The notes below the pieces were generated by a model, which was given only the letters and a program-made list of their open reading frames with translations, did not search any database and had not been told where the DNA came from. Below, piece after piece: positions 19,248 to 28,079 of a stretch of DNA of 64,000 bases (position 1 is the stretch's first letter; each line of letters opens with the position of its first letter). Source of the DNA: Planctomycetales bacterium (lineage in GTDB: Bacteria > Planctomycetota > Phycisphaerae > Sedimentisphaerales > Anaerohalosphaeraceae); assembly GCA_022615575.1 (NCBI GenBank), contig JAKEGM010000071.1, positions 12,164 to 76,163 on the forward strand, given 5' to 3'. The position numbers were made by a program, and so were the translations under genes.

Positions 19248-19306
19248 CCACGAAGCGCACGAAGAAAAAAAATAAAAAATCTTCGCGACCTTCGTGTTCT
19301 TCGTGG
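19248..19306 (+). repeat. Intercistronic hairpin (tandem 9-nt words CACGAAG), atpB-atpD junction
   Basis: ccacgaagcgcacgaag (19248..19264) against cttcgtgttcttcgtgg (19290..19306). 15 of 17 positions pair. The 25-nt loop is A-rich. Confidence 0.8.
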
Positions 19307-19327
19307 TGAAAAAAGGAAATCGCAGGA

Positions 19328-19945
19328 ATGCTTCAGAATGTGAACGCGACACGAATGGAACTCTTATCGCTGCGAAAGCGGGTGGCCCTGGCGCTGCGCG
19401 GGCATCGGCTGCTCAGCGAAAAACGCGACGAGATATCCCGCCGATTGGTGCAGATTGCCCGCGACCTCAAAGACCTGCGGAGCCGTGTAGAGCGGGATCT
19501 GCTGGAAACGACTCGGCGGTTTATGATGGCCCGGGCCACGATGGAGCCCGAACACATCCGAGCGGCGATGGAAGTGCCGACCAAAAAATTCCAGCTGACC
19601 ATCAGTTTTGTCTCGATTATGAGCGTTCAGGTTCCCGCGCTGGCCAAAGACATCGAAGGCGATATTATGTGCTACGGGTTTTCGACCACCAGCGGCGAGC
19701 TGGATATCGCCCTGCGTGCCCTGGAACGCGCCTTTGACGGCCTGATTGAACTGGCCGAAAAGGAAAAACAGTGTCAGCTGCTGGCCCTTGAGCTGCAGTC
19801 CACCCGCCGGCGCGTCAATGTGCTGGAGCATGTCGTCATTCCCGAGACCAAAGAAACCATCAAATACATCTACGACAAACTCGGCGAGGCCGAACGCGAC
19901 AACATCAGCCGCCTGATGAAAATCGCCGACATCATCCGCAGATAA
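19328..19945 (+). CDS. atpD: V/A-type ATPase subunit D (central stalk)
   Basis: 205 aa. NATRMELLSLRKRVALALRGHRLLSEKRDE... and a C-terminal coiled coil ...RRRVNVLEHVVIPE... typical of subunit D. Confidence 0.9.
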   Translation: MLQNVNATRMELLSLRKRVALALRGHRLLSEKRDEISRRLVQIARDLKDLRSRVERDLLETTRRFMMARATMEPEHIRAAMEVPTKKFQLTISFVSIMSVQVPALAKDIEGDIMCYGFSTTSGELDIALRALERAFDGLIELAEKEKQCQLLALELQSTRRRVNVLEHVVIPETKETIKYIYDKLGEAERDNISRLMKIADIIRR

Positions 19946-19961
19946 GACGCCGCCGGGCCGG

Positions 19962-21362
19962 TCAGGTGTTTTTGACAGAGGTCTGTGCCGCCGGGAAAAA
20001 CGCCGCCCGTTTCAAATAGTAAAGGGCCAGCCGTCCCCAGCGCATCCGCCGCGTCCGTTTGTCGGCCTCGCGCGTCAGCCATTTGTTGTTGCCCGCCGTA
20101 ACAAGGGCATACGGGGCAATCCAGGACAAGCCGAAAATCCAGAACATCGAATACAGGATCGCCCACAGGGCCTCGCTGCTGAAGTTTCGCCGCCAGGCGT
20201 AAAACGCCGCCGGCACAGACCCGGCAACGCAGGCGCCGAACAAGGCATGGGACAGGAATAAGGCCGGATGCCAGAAAAAGCACCCCGTCAGCCCCACCAG
20301 CAGGATTTGCGGCACGATCATCTGGATAGCGCTTAACAAAAAGTTTGCCCTTGCCCCGGTCGCCGGCGTCCGGCGGAAACGGGTGAAGATAAAGGAACTC
20401 ATCGCCAGCATCTCGCGGACATTGCTGCGCGCCCACCGCAGGAACATCTTGCACAAGCCCTTGTAGCGAACCGGCACAGTCGTATAGACGACGGCGTTGG
20501 ATTGGAAGGTCACATGATAGCCCTTTTGCAGGATGGCGTTGGTCATGGCGCGGTCTTCGCCGATTCCGGCCGGCTGACCCAAAAAGGTCTGGTTCAGCCA
20601 GGCGTCCAGGACCTGCATCACCACCTCCCGGCGGTAGGCGGACAGCGCCCCGGGCGTACAGAAAACCGTATTGACGGCACTTTGGCTGGCGCGGATAAAC
20701 TCAAAACTGTACGCAAACGAAACGTCCAGCATGCGGGGAATAATGTCTCTGTCCTGGTTAAGGACGACCACATTGCCGGCCACGCCGCCGACCGCTGCGT
20801 CGGCAAACGGGCTGACCAGGCAGCGGATTGTTTCCGGGTCGATCAGCGAATCGCTGTCGATGGTTACCAGCACGTCGGCCTTGCTGCGGATGAACCCTTC
20901 ATAGAGCGCCCGGCGCTTGCCGCCGTTCTTGGCCATCCGCACCGCTTCAATGCGGCCATGGGACCCGGCCGCGGCTTTTTCCATCCATGCCCAGGTGTCG
21001 TCCACGCTGCCGTCATCGACGGCGATAATCTGCAGTTTATCGGCGGGATAGTCGCTTTGCAGTATGCTTTCGAGCGTCTTGAGGACCATGCTGCCTTCAT
21101 TGTAGGCCGGAACAACCACGGTGCAGACGGGCAGCTGCGCATCAGGGCTTCCTTCAACGGGACGGTATCGAAAGAACAGAAAGACCCGCCACAGAAACGC
21201 GGCTAAGTTGATGACCAGCAGTGTCTGGCCGAGACGAAGATAGATCAGCCCGTACGGCTGATTGCGAAGAAAATCGACGGCCTGTTCAAATTGATCGCAC
21301 TGCGTCCATGCCGTCACGGACGAAAGCAGAAATGCTGCAACAATAAGAGTTTTCATTCCCAT
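19962..21362 (-). CDS. Processive family-2 glycosyltransferase (PgaC/NodC/hyaluronan-synthase-like), membrane-embedded
   Basis: VVVPAYNEG, AVDDGSVDDT, TIDSDS, GEDRAMT and LRWARS (QxxRW-type) motifs, plus N- and C-terminal TM helices. Confidence 0.8.
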   Translation of the reverse strand: MGMKTLIVAAFLLSSVTAWTQCDQFEQAVDFLRNQPYGLIYLRLGQTLLVINLAAFLWRVFLFFRYRPVEGSPDAQLPVCTVVVPAYNEGSMVLKTLESILQSDYPADKLQIIAVDDGSVDDTWAWMEKAAAGSHGRIEAVRMAKNGGKRRALYEGFIRSKADVLVTIDSDSLIDPETIRCLVSPFADAAVGGVAGNVVVLNQDRDIIPRMLDVSFAYSFEFIRASQSAVNTVFCTPGALSAYRREVVMQVLDAWLNQTFLGQPAGIGEDRAMTNAILQKGYHVTFQSNAVVYTTVPVRYKGLCKMFLRWARSNVREMLAMSSFIFTRFRRTPATGARANFLLSAIQMIVPQILLVGLTGCFFWHPALFLSHALFGACVAGSVPAAFYAWRRNFSSEALWAILYSMFWIFGLSWIAPYALVTAGNNKWLTREADKRTRRMRWGRLALYYLKRAAFFPAAQTSVKNT

Positions 21363-21735
21363 TTATTTTACTGCCTTTTCTGGAACCCGCGCGTCGAATC
21401 TATGCAGACACCCCTTTATGCGGCTACACCCGCAGGGGGACATATTACGGCGTGGGGGGGGGTACTGAGGTACGAGAAAGTAATTCTATCATCTAAAAAA
21501 TAAATTATCAATAAAAAATTGTCAAGGTGCAATAAATCGCCCGCTAAAGGCGTTCTATAAAAACACATTTATCCGCCCTGAAAACGGCAAAAAACGTGGA
21601 ATTCACAGGGAAAAAGACCTTTTTATTTCAGGTAAATGGAGATTCAAGAAATCGCCATTTGTGAGCGTGAATAGAAAAATTTTCCTTTTTTTAGTTCCAA
21701 TTCTGCCCTGTGCAATGTGATTTTTGCAGGCGCTG

Positions 21736-22872
21736 CTATTGCCCGAAGATTTCGTCAAAAATCGTCTGGGGTTCCGGCGCCGTGCCCTGCTTCCAGGACT
21801 TTACCAGTTCGCCATTGAGCAGTGCGACAACATAGGGACTGGTGATTTCCCATTTCTGCGCATCGGTCAGCGTGCCGAGGATGCAGGTTGTGTCGGCCGG
21901 CACAGGGCCTTCTGTGCTGTAGGGCGGAACCGCCAGAAACGCAATTCTGAACTCTTGATTGCCCTGTTCGGTCATCTCTTTATAATAGGCGCTGTATTGG
22001 GGAACCCTTTCGGCGCAGGTTGGGCAATCGTGGTGATACATCAGAATCACAACCATGCCTTCGGCAAGCTGTGCACGAACATCGTCTTCAACGATGTATT
22101 GCAGCCAATCCCATTGTTCGACCGCCGGGGGCTGCTCCTTTGGATCGGTGATTTTCGGAGCAATCTCCGTTGGCGCCTTCTCGTTGGGTTCGGGGATTAC
22201 GGGGACCGCATGTGCCTGCCGCAAGGTCTCAAGCTGCTGCTGCAGCGATGCGGCATCACGCTTCCATCGGTCGGCTTCCTGCTGTTTCTTTTCCAATTCC
22301 TGTTTGACTCTGTGCAGTTCTAAGCGCAGCTGCGCATCTTTGTTTGGAATTTCTTCGACTTTGATGCATTTGGGCCGAAATGTTACCAATGCCGGCGCCG
22401 CCAGCGCCATCAGGCCAATCGTCGGTACGGCAACCGCCAACAGATAAAAGGTATTGGGCCATGGAGGCGGCAGAAGTTTAAGCCCTTTTGGCCAGAAGAT
22501 TGCCAGCATAAGAAAGAAGGGGATGTCGATGGAAAACAATGTAATCCACGGATTTACATGAATCTGACCGAAACAGCCGCACGACTCGGCGCCCAGCATC
22601 GCTTTTGTCAGCGTCACAAAAATAAAACACAGATACGCCAGCGTTCCGGCGATCCAGGCGGCTTTGCGAAAGAGGCCGCTGACCATCCAGACGCCCAGGG
22701 CAAATTCCAGCGGGATTTGAATCAGCAGAAATTCGTAGGATTCCCAGAAGCCGGTTTTGTTGGTCTGCCACGAGGGGACACAAATCGACAGCATTTCGTG
22801 GAATTTCAGCACCGCCGCAACCATCAGCAGCAGTCCGGCTAAAATCATGATAATTTTATTTGCAATCCGCAT
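21736..22872 (-). CDS. MauE/DoxX-like membrane domain fused through a coiled coil to a thioredoxin-like CxxC domain
   Basis: N-terminal 4-5 TM helices (MRIANKIIMILAGLLLMVAAVLKFHEM...GAESCGCFG). Coiled coil (LRLELHRVKQELEKKQQEADRWKRDAASLQQQLETL). C-terminal MYHHDCPTCAE thioredoxin-type motif. Confidence 0.6.
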   Translation of the reverse strand: MRIANKIIMILAGLLLMVAAVLKFHEMLSICVPSWQTNKTGFWESYEFLLIQIPLEFALGVWMVSGLFRKAAWIAGTLAYLCFIFVTLTKAMLGAESCGCFGQIHVNPWITLFSIDIPFFLMLAIFWPKGLKLLPPPWPNTFYLLAVAVPTIGLMALAAPALVTFRPKCIKVEEIPNKDAQLRLELHRVKQELEKKQQEADRWKRDAASLQQQLETLRQAHAVPVIPEPNEKAPTEIAPKITDPKEQPPAVEQWDWLQYIVEDDVRAQLAEGMVVILMYHHDCPTCAERVPQYSAYYKEMTEQGNQEFRIAFLAVPPYSTEGPVPADTTCILGTLTDAQKWEITSPYVVALLNGELVKSWKQGTAPEPQTIFDEIFGQ

Positions 22873-22879
22873 AAAATTA

Positions 22880-23082
22880 GTCCTTAGTCCATAGGTTTTT
22901 GACGCAAGGAGCGAATTAAACCATCAGCACTAACTCATCGGCTAATTCAAATGCCTTGAGATTTCTGTAATTTCTCATACGGTAATTATAACTCCCGCCA
23001 ACTCCAAAAACAAATACTTATTACCTGACCTTTGATGTCTCCAAAAAACCCCATGATGGCTCATGGACTATGGACTAAGGAC
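22880..23082. mobile_element. Inverted-repeat-bracketed remnant of a four-helix-bundle gene cassette
   Basis: gtccttagtccatag (22880..22894) is the exact reverse complement of ctatggactaaggac (23068..23082). The arms are GGACTA-type heptamer words. The interior holds a 20-codon 4HB gene stub. Confidence 0.45.
22916..22978 (-). pseudogene. Truncated four-helix-bundle (23S rRNA IVS protein family) gene, first 20 codons only
   Basis: Own translation: MRNYRNLKAFELADELVLMV*. It matches the characteristic N-terminus (..FRDLKVWQKAHEL.L.VY..) of this family. Full-length members are about 115-125 aa. Confidence 0.6.
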
Positions 23083-23099
23083 CCCAAAAAGCATACAAT
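23071..23099 (+). promoter_or_regulatory. Possible priA promoter TGGACT-17-TACAAT (leaderless arrangement)
   Basis: TGGACT 23071..23076 (inside the right IR arm), 17-nt spacer, TACAAT 23094..23099. The priA ATG 23108 begins 9 nt after the -10. Confidence 0.4.
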
Positions 23100-23107
23100 G
23101 CCGCTTT

Positions 23108-25468
23108 ATGCCAAAAGATAAAACGAAAAGTTTATTTGGGACAGAGTTAGACGACGCAACGAGTGCGTCGGGGCGGATTATCCGTGTGGCGCTGGATACC
23201 GGGGCGGATTCGCTGTTTGACTACATTCTGCCGGAGTATCTGGGGACCGTCCAGCCGGGTCGGCGGGTGCAGGTCCCGTTCGGCAAGACCAATAACTTGA
23301 AGCAGGCATTTGTTGTAGAGATTATCGACGATGCGGATGAAATCGCCAAGTGCCGGCGGTTTAAGCTCAAATCCGTCAAGTCCGTTCTGGACGATATGCC
23401 GCTGCTGGGTGAGGAATTGATACAACTAGCTCAATGGATCGGCCAGTATTATGTCTGTCCCTTAGGGCAGGTGTTCAGCGCGATGGTTCCATCGGCGGTT
23501 AAAAAAGATGCCGGCGTTAAAAAACAAAGTATCGTGTATTTGGCGCCGGCGGCTGCCGAACCCCGGGAACCTCTTTCCAGTAAAAAGCAAAAAGCCCTGC
23601 ACGAAATTCTGCAAAACGCCAATGCCGTTGACCCTGACAGCGGAATTGAAAAGTCGGCCCTGCTGGAGATGGCAGAGTGCACGGAAGACCCGCTCCGGCA
23701 GCTTATGCGCAGACAGATTGTAAAAGTTGCCCGCAAAGAGGTTTTGTCCGTTCTGCCGGTCGTGCCGCAGCGATTGATGTATCCGGCCCACGAGGTCATT
23801 TTGAACGATGACCAGCAGGCGGCGCTGAACTTTATCGCCAACGAACTGAACGAAAGCCGTTTCGGCGTCTCGCTGCTGCACGGCGTGACCGACAGCGGCA
23901 AGACGGAGGTGTATATCCGGGCGATCCAGGCGGCCATCGCGGCGGGCCGGCGGGCGATTGTCCTGCTGCCGGAAATCGCCCTGACCGCTCAGACCGTCCA
24001 GCGGTTCAGCAGCCGGTTTGAAAAACTGGCTGTTCTGCATTCGCATCTGTCCGGTCCCCAGCGAAATGCCCAGTGGCAGAGCATCAAAAATAATCAGGCC
24101 GATGTGGTCATCGGGGCACGATCGGCCATCTTCGCCCCGGTCAGCAATCTGGGGCTGGTTGTCATCGACGAGGAACACGAAGGCAGCTACAAACAGGATA
24201 CCGTGCCGCGCTATCACGGCCGGGACGTCGCCATCAAACGGGCGCAATTAGCCAACGCCCATTGCATTCTCGGCTCGGCGACGCCGTCGCTGGAAACGCT
24301 GCACAACTGCAAAACAAAAAAGCATTACACGCTGCTGATGCTGCCCAAACGGGTGATGGATTTGCCGCTGCCCGAAATGAAACTGGTCAACATGCTGACG
24401 GCGTTTGCGGATGCGCCGCATAAAGGCGTCCATCTTATCAGCCCGCCCCTTTGGGCGCATATCAGCAAAATCCTCGAACGAAAAGAGCAGGCGATTTTAC
24501 TGCTGAATCGCCGCGGCTACAGCAATTTTGTCTATTGCCCGTCCTGCCGCCATTCGCTGACCTGCCGAAACTGCGATGTAACGCTGACCTTCCACAAAAA
24601 ACCCCAATTGGAGGAGCGCAAAGAGACAATCCTCGGCAAACATATCATTGGCGGGTATGCCGTCTGCCATTATTGTCTGTCCAGGACACTGGTGCCTAAA
24701 CAATGTCCGCTTTGCGGCGGCAGCATGACCATGATTGGCATCGGGTCGCAGCGACTGGAGGAGGAATTGCGGCGAGCATTCCCCTCGGCCCGTATCTGTC
24801 GAATCGACAGTGATTCCATGGCCGGAGAGGATTATTACAAGGTATTAAGGGACTTTTCCGAGCAGAAAATCGACATTCTGGCCGGAACGCAGATGTTGGC
24901 CAAGGGCCTGCATTTTCCCAATGTAACGCTGGTGGGCATTATCAGTGCCGATACGGCCCTGTTTTTGCCGGATTTTCGTTCCAATGAACGGACATTCCAG
25001 CTTATCAGCCAGGTTGCCGGCCGTGCCGGCCGCAGCGAGAAAAAGGGGACGGTCTACATCCAAACCTTTTTCCCCGACCAGCCAGCGATTAAATACGCCC
25101 TTCAGTATGATTTTAATTCCTTTATTGAAAAGGAGTTAGAGCACAGAAAGGCCTGTTTTCTGCCGCCGTTTGGCCGGATGGCGGTTATTGCCATGCGGGA
25201 TATAAAGTTCGACCGGCTTAAGGCCGCCGCCGAACAGATGCGCCAGCGTCTGGACGGCCTGATCTGCACGGAAAACCACGAAATCACGCTTCGCGGCCCC
25301 CTGGAACCGGCCATCAGCCGAATCCAGCGGCAGCACCGTCTGCAATTTATCCTCCTGGCAAAGTCGGCGGCCGATCTGCAGCGGGTGTTTGAGCGGCTTC
25401 GCTGTATGGCGCCGCTTCGTCCGGCGGTGCAGACCCAGGTCGATATGGACCCGGTTGGGGTTTTATAG
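23108..25468 (+). CDS. priA: Primosomal protein N' (replication restart helicase PriA)
   Basis: ORF 23063..25468, trimmed to Met16. Walker A GVTDSGKTEVY, DEEH box VVIDEEHEGSYKQ, Zn-finger cysteines CPSCRHSLTCRNCD...CHYCLS...CPLCGG. Confidence 0.92.
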   Translation: MPKDKTKSLFGTELDDATSASGRIIRVALDTGADSLFDYILPEYLGTVQPGRRVQVPFGKTNNLKQAFVVEIIDDADEIAKCRRFKLKSVKSVLDDMPLLGEELIQLAQWIGQYYVCPLGQVFSAMVPSAVKKDAGVKKQSIVYLAPAAAEPREPLSSKKQKALHEILQNANAVDPDSGIEKSALLEMAECTEDPLRQLMRRQIVKVARKEVLSVLPVVPQRLMYPAHEVILNDDQQAALNFIANELNESRFGVSLLHGVTDSGKTEVYIRAIQAAIAAGRRAIVLLPEIALTAQTVQRFSSRFEKLAVLHSHLSGPQRNAQWQSIKNNQADVVIGARSAIFAPVSNLGLVVIDEEHEGSYKQDTVPRYHGRDVAIKRAQLANAHCILGSATPSLETLHNCKTKKHYTLLMLPKRVMDLPLPEMKLVNMLTAFADAPHKGVHLISPPLWAHISKILERKEQAILLLNRRGYSNFVYCPSCRHSLTCRNCDVTLTFHKKPQLEERKETILGKHIIGGYAVCHYCLSRTLVPKQCPLCGGSMTMIGIGSQRLEEELRRAFPSARICRIDSDSMAGEDYYKVLRDFSEQKIDILAGTQMLAKGLHFPNVTLVGIISADTALFLPDFRSNERTFQLISQVAGRAGRSEKKGTVYIQTFFPDQPAIKYALQYDFNSFIEKELEHRKACFLPPFGRMAVIAMRDIKFDRLKAAAEQMRQRLDGLICTENHEITLRGPLEPAISRIQRQHRLQFILLAKSAADLQRVFERLRCMAPLRPAVQTQVDMDPVGVL

Positions 25469-25469
25469 C

Positions 25470-25498
25470 TTGATTTTTTGCCGCCGATGCGGTATATT
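25470..25498 (+). promoter_or_regulatory. Promoter of tRNA-Pro (TTGATT-17-TATATT)
   Basis: TTGATT 25470..25475, 17 nt, TATATT 25493..25498. The tRNA starts 14 nt downstream. Confidence 0.45.
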
Positions 25499-25511
25499 CA
25501 CCTCTCTTTTG

Positions 25512-25587
25512 CGGAGAGTAGCTCAGCTTGGCTTAGAGCGCTGCGTTCGGGACGCAGAGGTCGCAGGTTCAAATCCTGTCTCTCCGA
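25512..25587 (+). tRNA. tRNA-Pro (anticodon CGG)
   Basis: Acceptor CGGAGAG/CTCTCCG, D-arm TAGCTCAGCTTGGCTTAGAGC, anticodon stem CTGCG/CGCAG with loop TT-CGG-GA, T-arm GCAGGTTCAAATCCTGT. No encoded CCA. Confidence 0.88.
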
Positions 25588-25629
25588 GTCCGTAACCCTT
25601 TTTGTTTCCACCGCTTGCGATATTACCCG

Positions 25630-25658
25630 TTGACTTTTCCCCCTCCCTGAGCGATAAT
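25630..25658 (+). promoter_or_regulatory. Promoter TTGACT-17-GATAAT immediately upstream of the flippase gene
   Basis: TTGACT 25630..25635, 17 nt, GATAAT 25653..25658. ATG 25669 begins 11 nt after the -10, so the leader is near zero. Confidence 0.45.
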
Positions 25659-25668
25659 AACGCTTCCT

Positions 25669-27201
25669 ATGACAGATACTAATACAGCCATCCAGAAAGA
25701 AGAACCCGACCTCTACAAACGTTCCGTCAAGGGCGTCTATTGGGTCATCGCATCGCAGATTACCCTGTTTTTTCTGGGCTTTGCAAAGTCCATTTTTATC
25801 GCTAACTATTTTGTTCTAATTGACTTAGGTATCATCAGTATAGCCGTAATGCTGATGGAAATTTTGAATACTTTCACGCAAACCGGATTCGACAGCGCCC
25901 TCATTCAAAAAAAGGGCGATGTGCGCGACTATCTGAATACGGCTTGGACAGCGGGACTGACCAAGGGGATTTTTCTGTTTCTGGTTCTCTACCTTGCGGC
26001 GCCGTTGCTGACCTCATTCAAAATCCCCGAGGAAAAAATCCCCCTGGCTGTTTGGGTTTTTCGGGCGATGAGCTTGTGTTTTCTAATTGCCGGACTCCGG
26101 AATGTCGGGGTCATCTACTTCAGCAAAAATCTGGACTTTCACAAAACCTTTGCCTTGTCCGTCATTTCGGCCCTGATGGACATTGTGCTTTCTATCGGCC
26201 TGGTGCTTGTTTTTCGCAGTATCTGGGGAATCATCGCTGCCCGGCTGGCAACAGCGTGTGTCGATTGCGCCGGGAGCTATGTCTTGTCGTCCTACCGCCC
26301 GCGGCTGCATTTTAAACCGTCAAAAGCCCGCGAACTCTGGAAATTTGGACGGTGGATTTTCGGACAGAACATCACCGGATACTTTCTCGAAGGCGGGGAT
26401 AATTTCTTCATCTGGTTCTATCTGGGCATCCAGCCGCTGGCGCTGTACCGGTACGCTTACCGTTTTTCCAATACGCCGGCCACGCATATTACACAGGTTA
26501 TTTCACAGGTCTTTTTTCCCGCCTATTCAAAAATTCAGGATGATTTGCCGCGGCTGCGGGACGCCTATCTGAAAGTCCTCAAAGTGACCGCCCTGTTGTC
26601 CATCCCGACGTCCTTTTTAATCTTTGTCCTTGGCCCCGATTTTGTGAGGTTGTTTTTAAAAGAACACATGCACCCCATGATTTTTGTTTTGCAGATTTTA
26701 GCCGTCAAAGGCCTGTTGAACTCCATCGGGTCAACCCGCGGGCCGTTGTTTTATGCGCTTGGCAAAGTCAGGGAAAACTGGCTGTTCCAATGCCTTCGGC
26801 TGTTGGCCTTCGCCGTCACGATTTACCCTCTTACAAAACGATGGGGAATCGAAGGGGCGGCTCTGTCGTGCGTTTTCGCTGCGGTCGCAATCCGCCCGTT
26901 TATTTTCCGTTTCCTGTGCAGGGTCCTTCAATGTTCGGCATGGAGCATGCTGTTCCCTTCCATTCTTCCTCTCGCGGCGGCCTTGACAATGACGCTGGTC
27001 CTCTTTGCGGCAAAACACGTGATATTCACGCCAATAACGTATTTATCGTTTGCAGGGCTTGCTGTTATGGGTGTTTTTGTTTACGCGGCGGTTTTGGGAG
27101 TATTGGATTTTACTTTTCAGGGAGGATTTCGTAAGATAGTTCAGGAACAGATGCAGTTGGTCTCGCAGGAGATAAAAAAAAGGAAAACGTCAGCGATGTA
27201 A
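25669..27201 (+). CDS. Oligosaccharide/polysaccharide flippase (Wzx, MOP superfamily)
   Basis: 510 aa with about 12-14 TM helices. N-terminal ...YKRSVKGVYWVIASQITLFFLGFAKSIFIANYF... is typical of the polysaccharide biosynthesis protein family. Confidence 0.8.
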   Translation: MTDTNTAIQKEEPDLYKRSVKGVYWVIASQITLFFLGFAKSIFIANYFVLIDLGIISIAVMLMEILNTFTQTGFDSALIQKKGDVRDYLNTAWTAGLTKGIFLFLVLYLAAPLLTSFKIPEEKIPLAVWVFRAMSLCFLIAGLRNVGVIYFSKNLDFHKTFALSVISALMDIVLSIGLVLVFRSIWGIIAARLATACVDCAGSYVLSSYRPRLHFKPSKARELWKFGRWIFGQNITGYFLEGGDNFFIWFYLGIQPLALYRYAYRFSNTPATHITQVISQVFFPAYSKIQDDLPRLRDAYLKVLKVTALLSIPTSFLIFVLGPDFVRLFLKEHMHPMIFVLQILAVKGLLNSIGSTRGPLFYALGKVRENWLFQCLRLLAFAVTIYPLTKRWGIEGAALSCVFAAVAIRPFIFRFLCRVLQCSAWSMLFPSILPLAAALTMTLVLFAAKHVIFTPITYLSFAGLAVMGVFVYAAVLGVLDFTFQGGFRKIVQEQMQLVSQEIKKRKTSAM

Positions 27202-27225
27202 ACAGGTTTTGATGCGTGAACGAAT

Positions 27226-27915
27226 ATGATTATTTCGCATAAATACAAGTTTATCTTTCTAAAAACTCGTAAAACCGCAGGTACAAGCATTGAAATTGCT
27301 CTGTCAAAATTTTGCGGCGAGAAAGATATAATTACCCCGATCACTCCCGAAGATGAAGATCTGCGGAAAAATCTTGGATATCGGGGGCCGCAGAATTACG
27401 CCGTGTCCTATACTCATTATTCTTTAAATGATTGGTATCGGAAGATGATTTACGGAGCAAAAATTGAGTTCTATAATCATATTCCCGCTTTTCAGGTTCG
27501 CCAATGGATTGGGGAAAAAGTTTGGAATTCATATTACAAGTTTTGCTTTGAACGAAACCCCTGGGACAAAGTAATTTCATTATATTATTTCTCGCTCAGC
27601 AACTCCTGCACAACACCTTCTTTTGAAGAATACATTAAAAAGGAAAGTGAAGACGCTGTTTCAAACTATCGCATTTATACAATTGGGAACCGGCTTGCCG
27701 TCGATGATGTCTATCTTTTTGAGAATCTGAATGACGAACTGGCCAAGATAGCAAAGAAGACCGGGCTGCCGGAAACATTGATTTTGCCGAGGGCAAAAAG
27801 CAGATTCCGAAAAGACAAAAGACCCTACCGTGAGATCATAGGGCAGAATGAAAAAGAATATATACAGAAAATATGTCAAAAAGAAATAGACCTTTTTGGA
27901 TATTCGTTTGAATAA
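27226..27915 (+). CDS. Sulfotransferase family protein (Sulfotransfer_2-like)
   Basis: MIISHKYKFIFLKTRKTAGTSIE is a PKxxGTS-type 5'-phosphosulfate-binding loop. The gene is markedly AT-rich (hand count: 41 G+C in its first 120 nt). Confidence 0.65.
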   Translation: MIISHKYKFIFLKTRKTAGTSIEIALSKFCGEKDIITPITPEDEDLRKNLGYRGPQNYAVSYTHYSLNDWYRKMIYGAKIEFYNHIPAFQVRQWIGEKVWNSYYKFCFERNPWDKVISLYYFSLSNSCTTPSFEEYIKKESEDAVSNYRIYTIGNRLAVDDVYLFENLNDELAKIAKKTGLPETLILPRAKSRFRKDKRPYREIIGQNEKEYIQKICQKEIDLFGYSFE

Positions 27916-28079
27916 TAACTGCTGACGAATCGGTTTTCATTTAATTTAACTTGTGAGGTATTGTTTACAGGATTATTTTGTCTGAAGCTGCAATGATGTA
28001 AAAGGGTTCGCAGTATCTCGCTCTGCGGGATTATAACCTTAGTTTTTTCCTGTGAGTTCGAAAGGCAAAGTTAGTCGCA

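Noticed and set aside
19946-19961. Expected terminator between convergent atpD and the GT2 synthase gene
   Set aside because: Only 16 nt separate the two stops, and no stable hairpin can be drawn. Termination must occur inside the opposing genes or by another mechanism.
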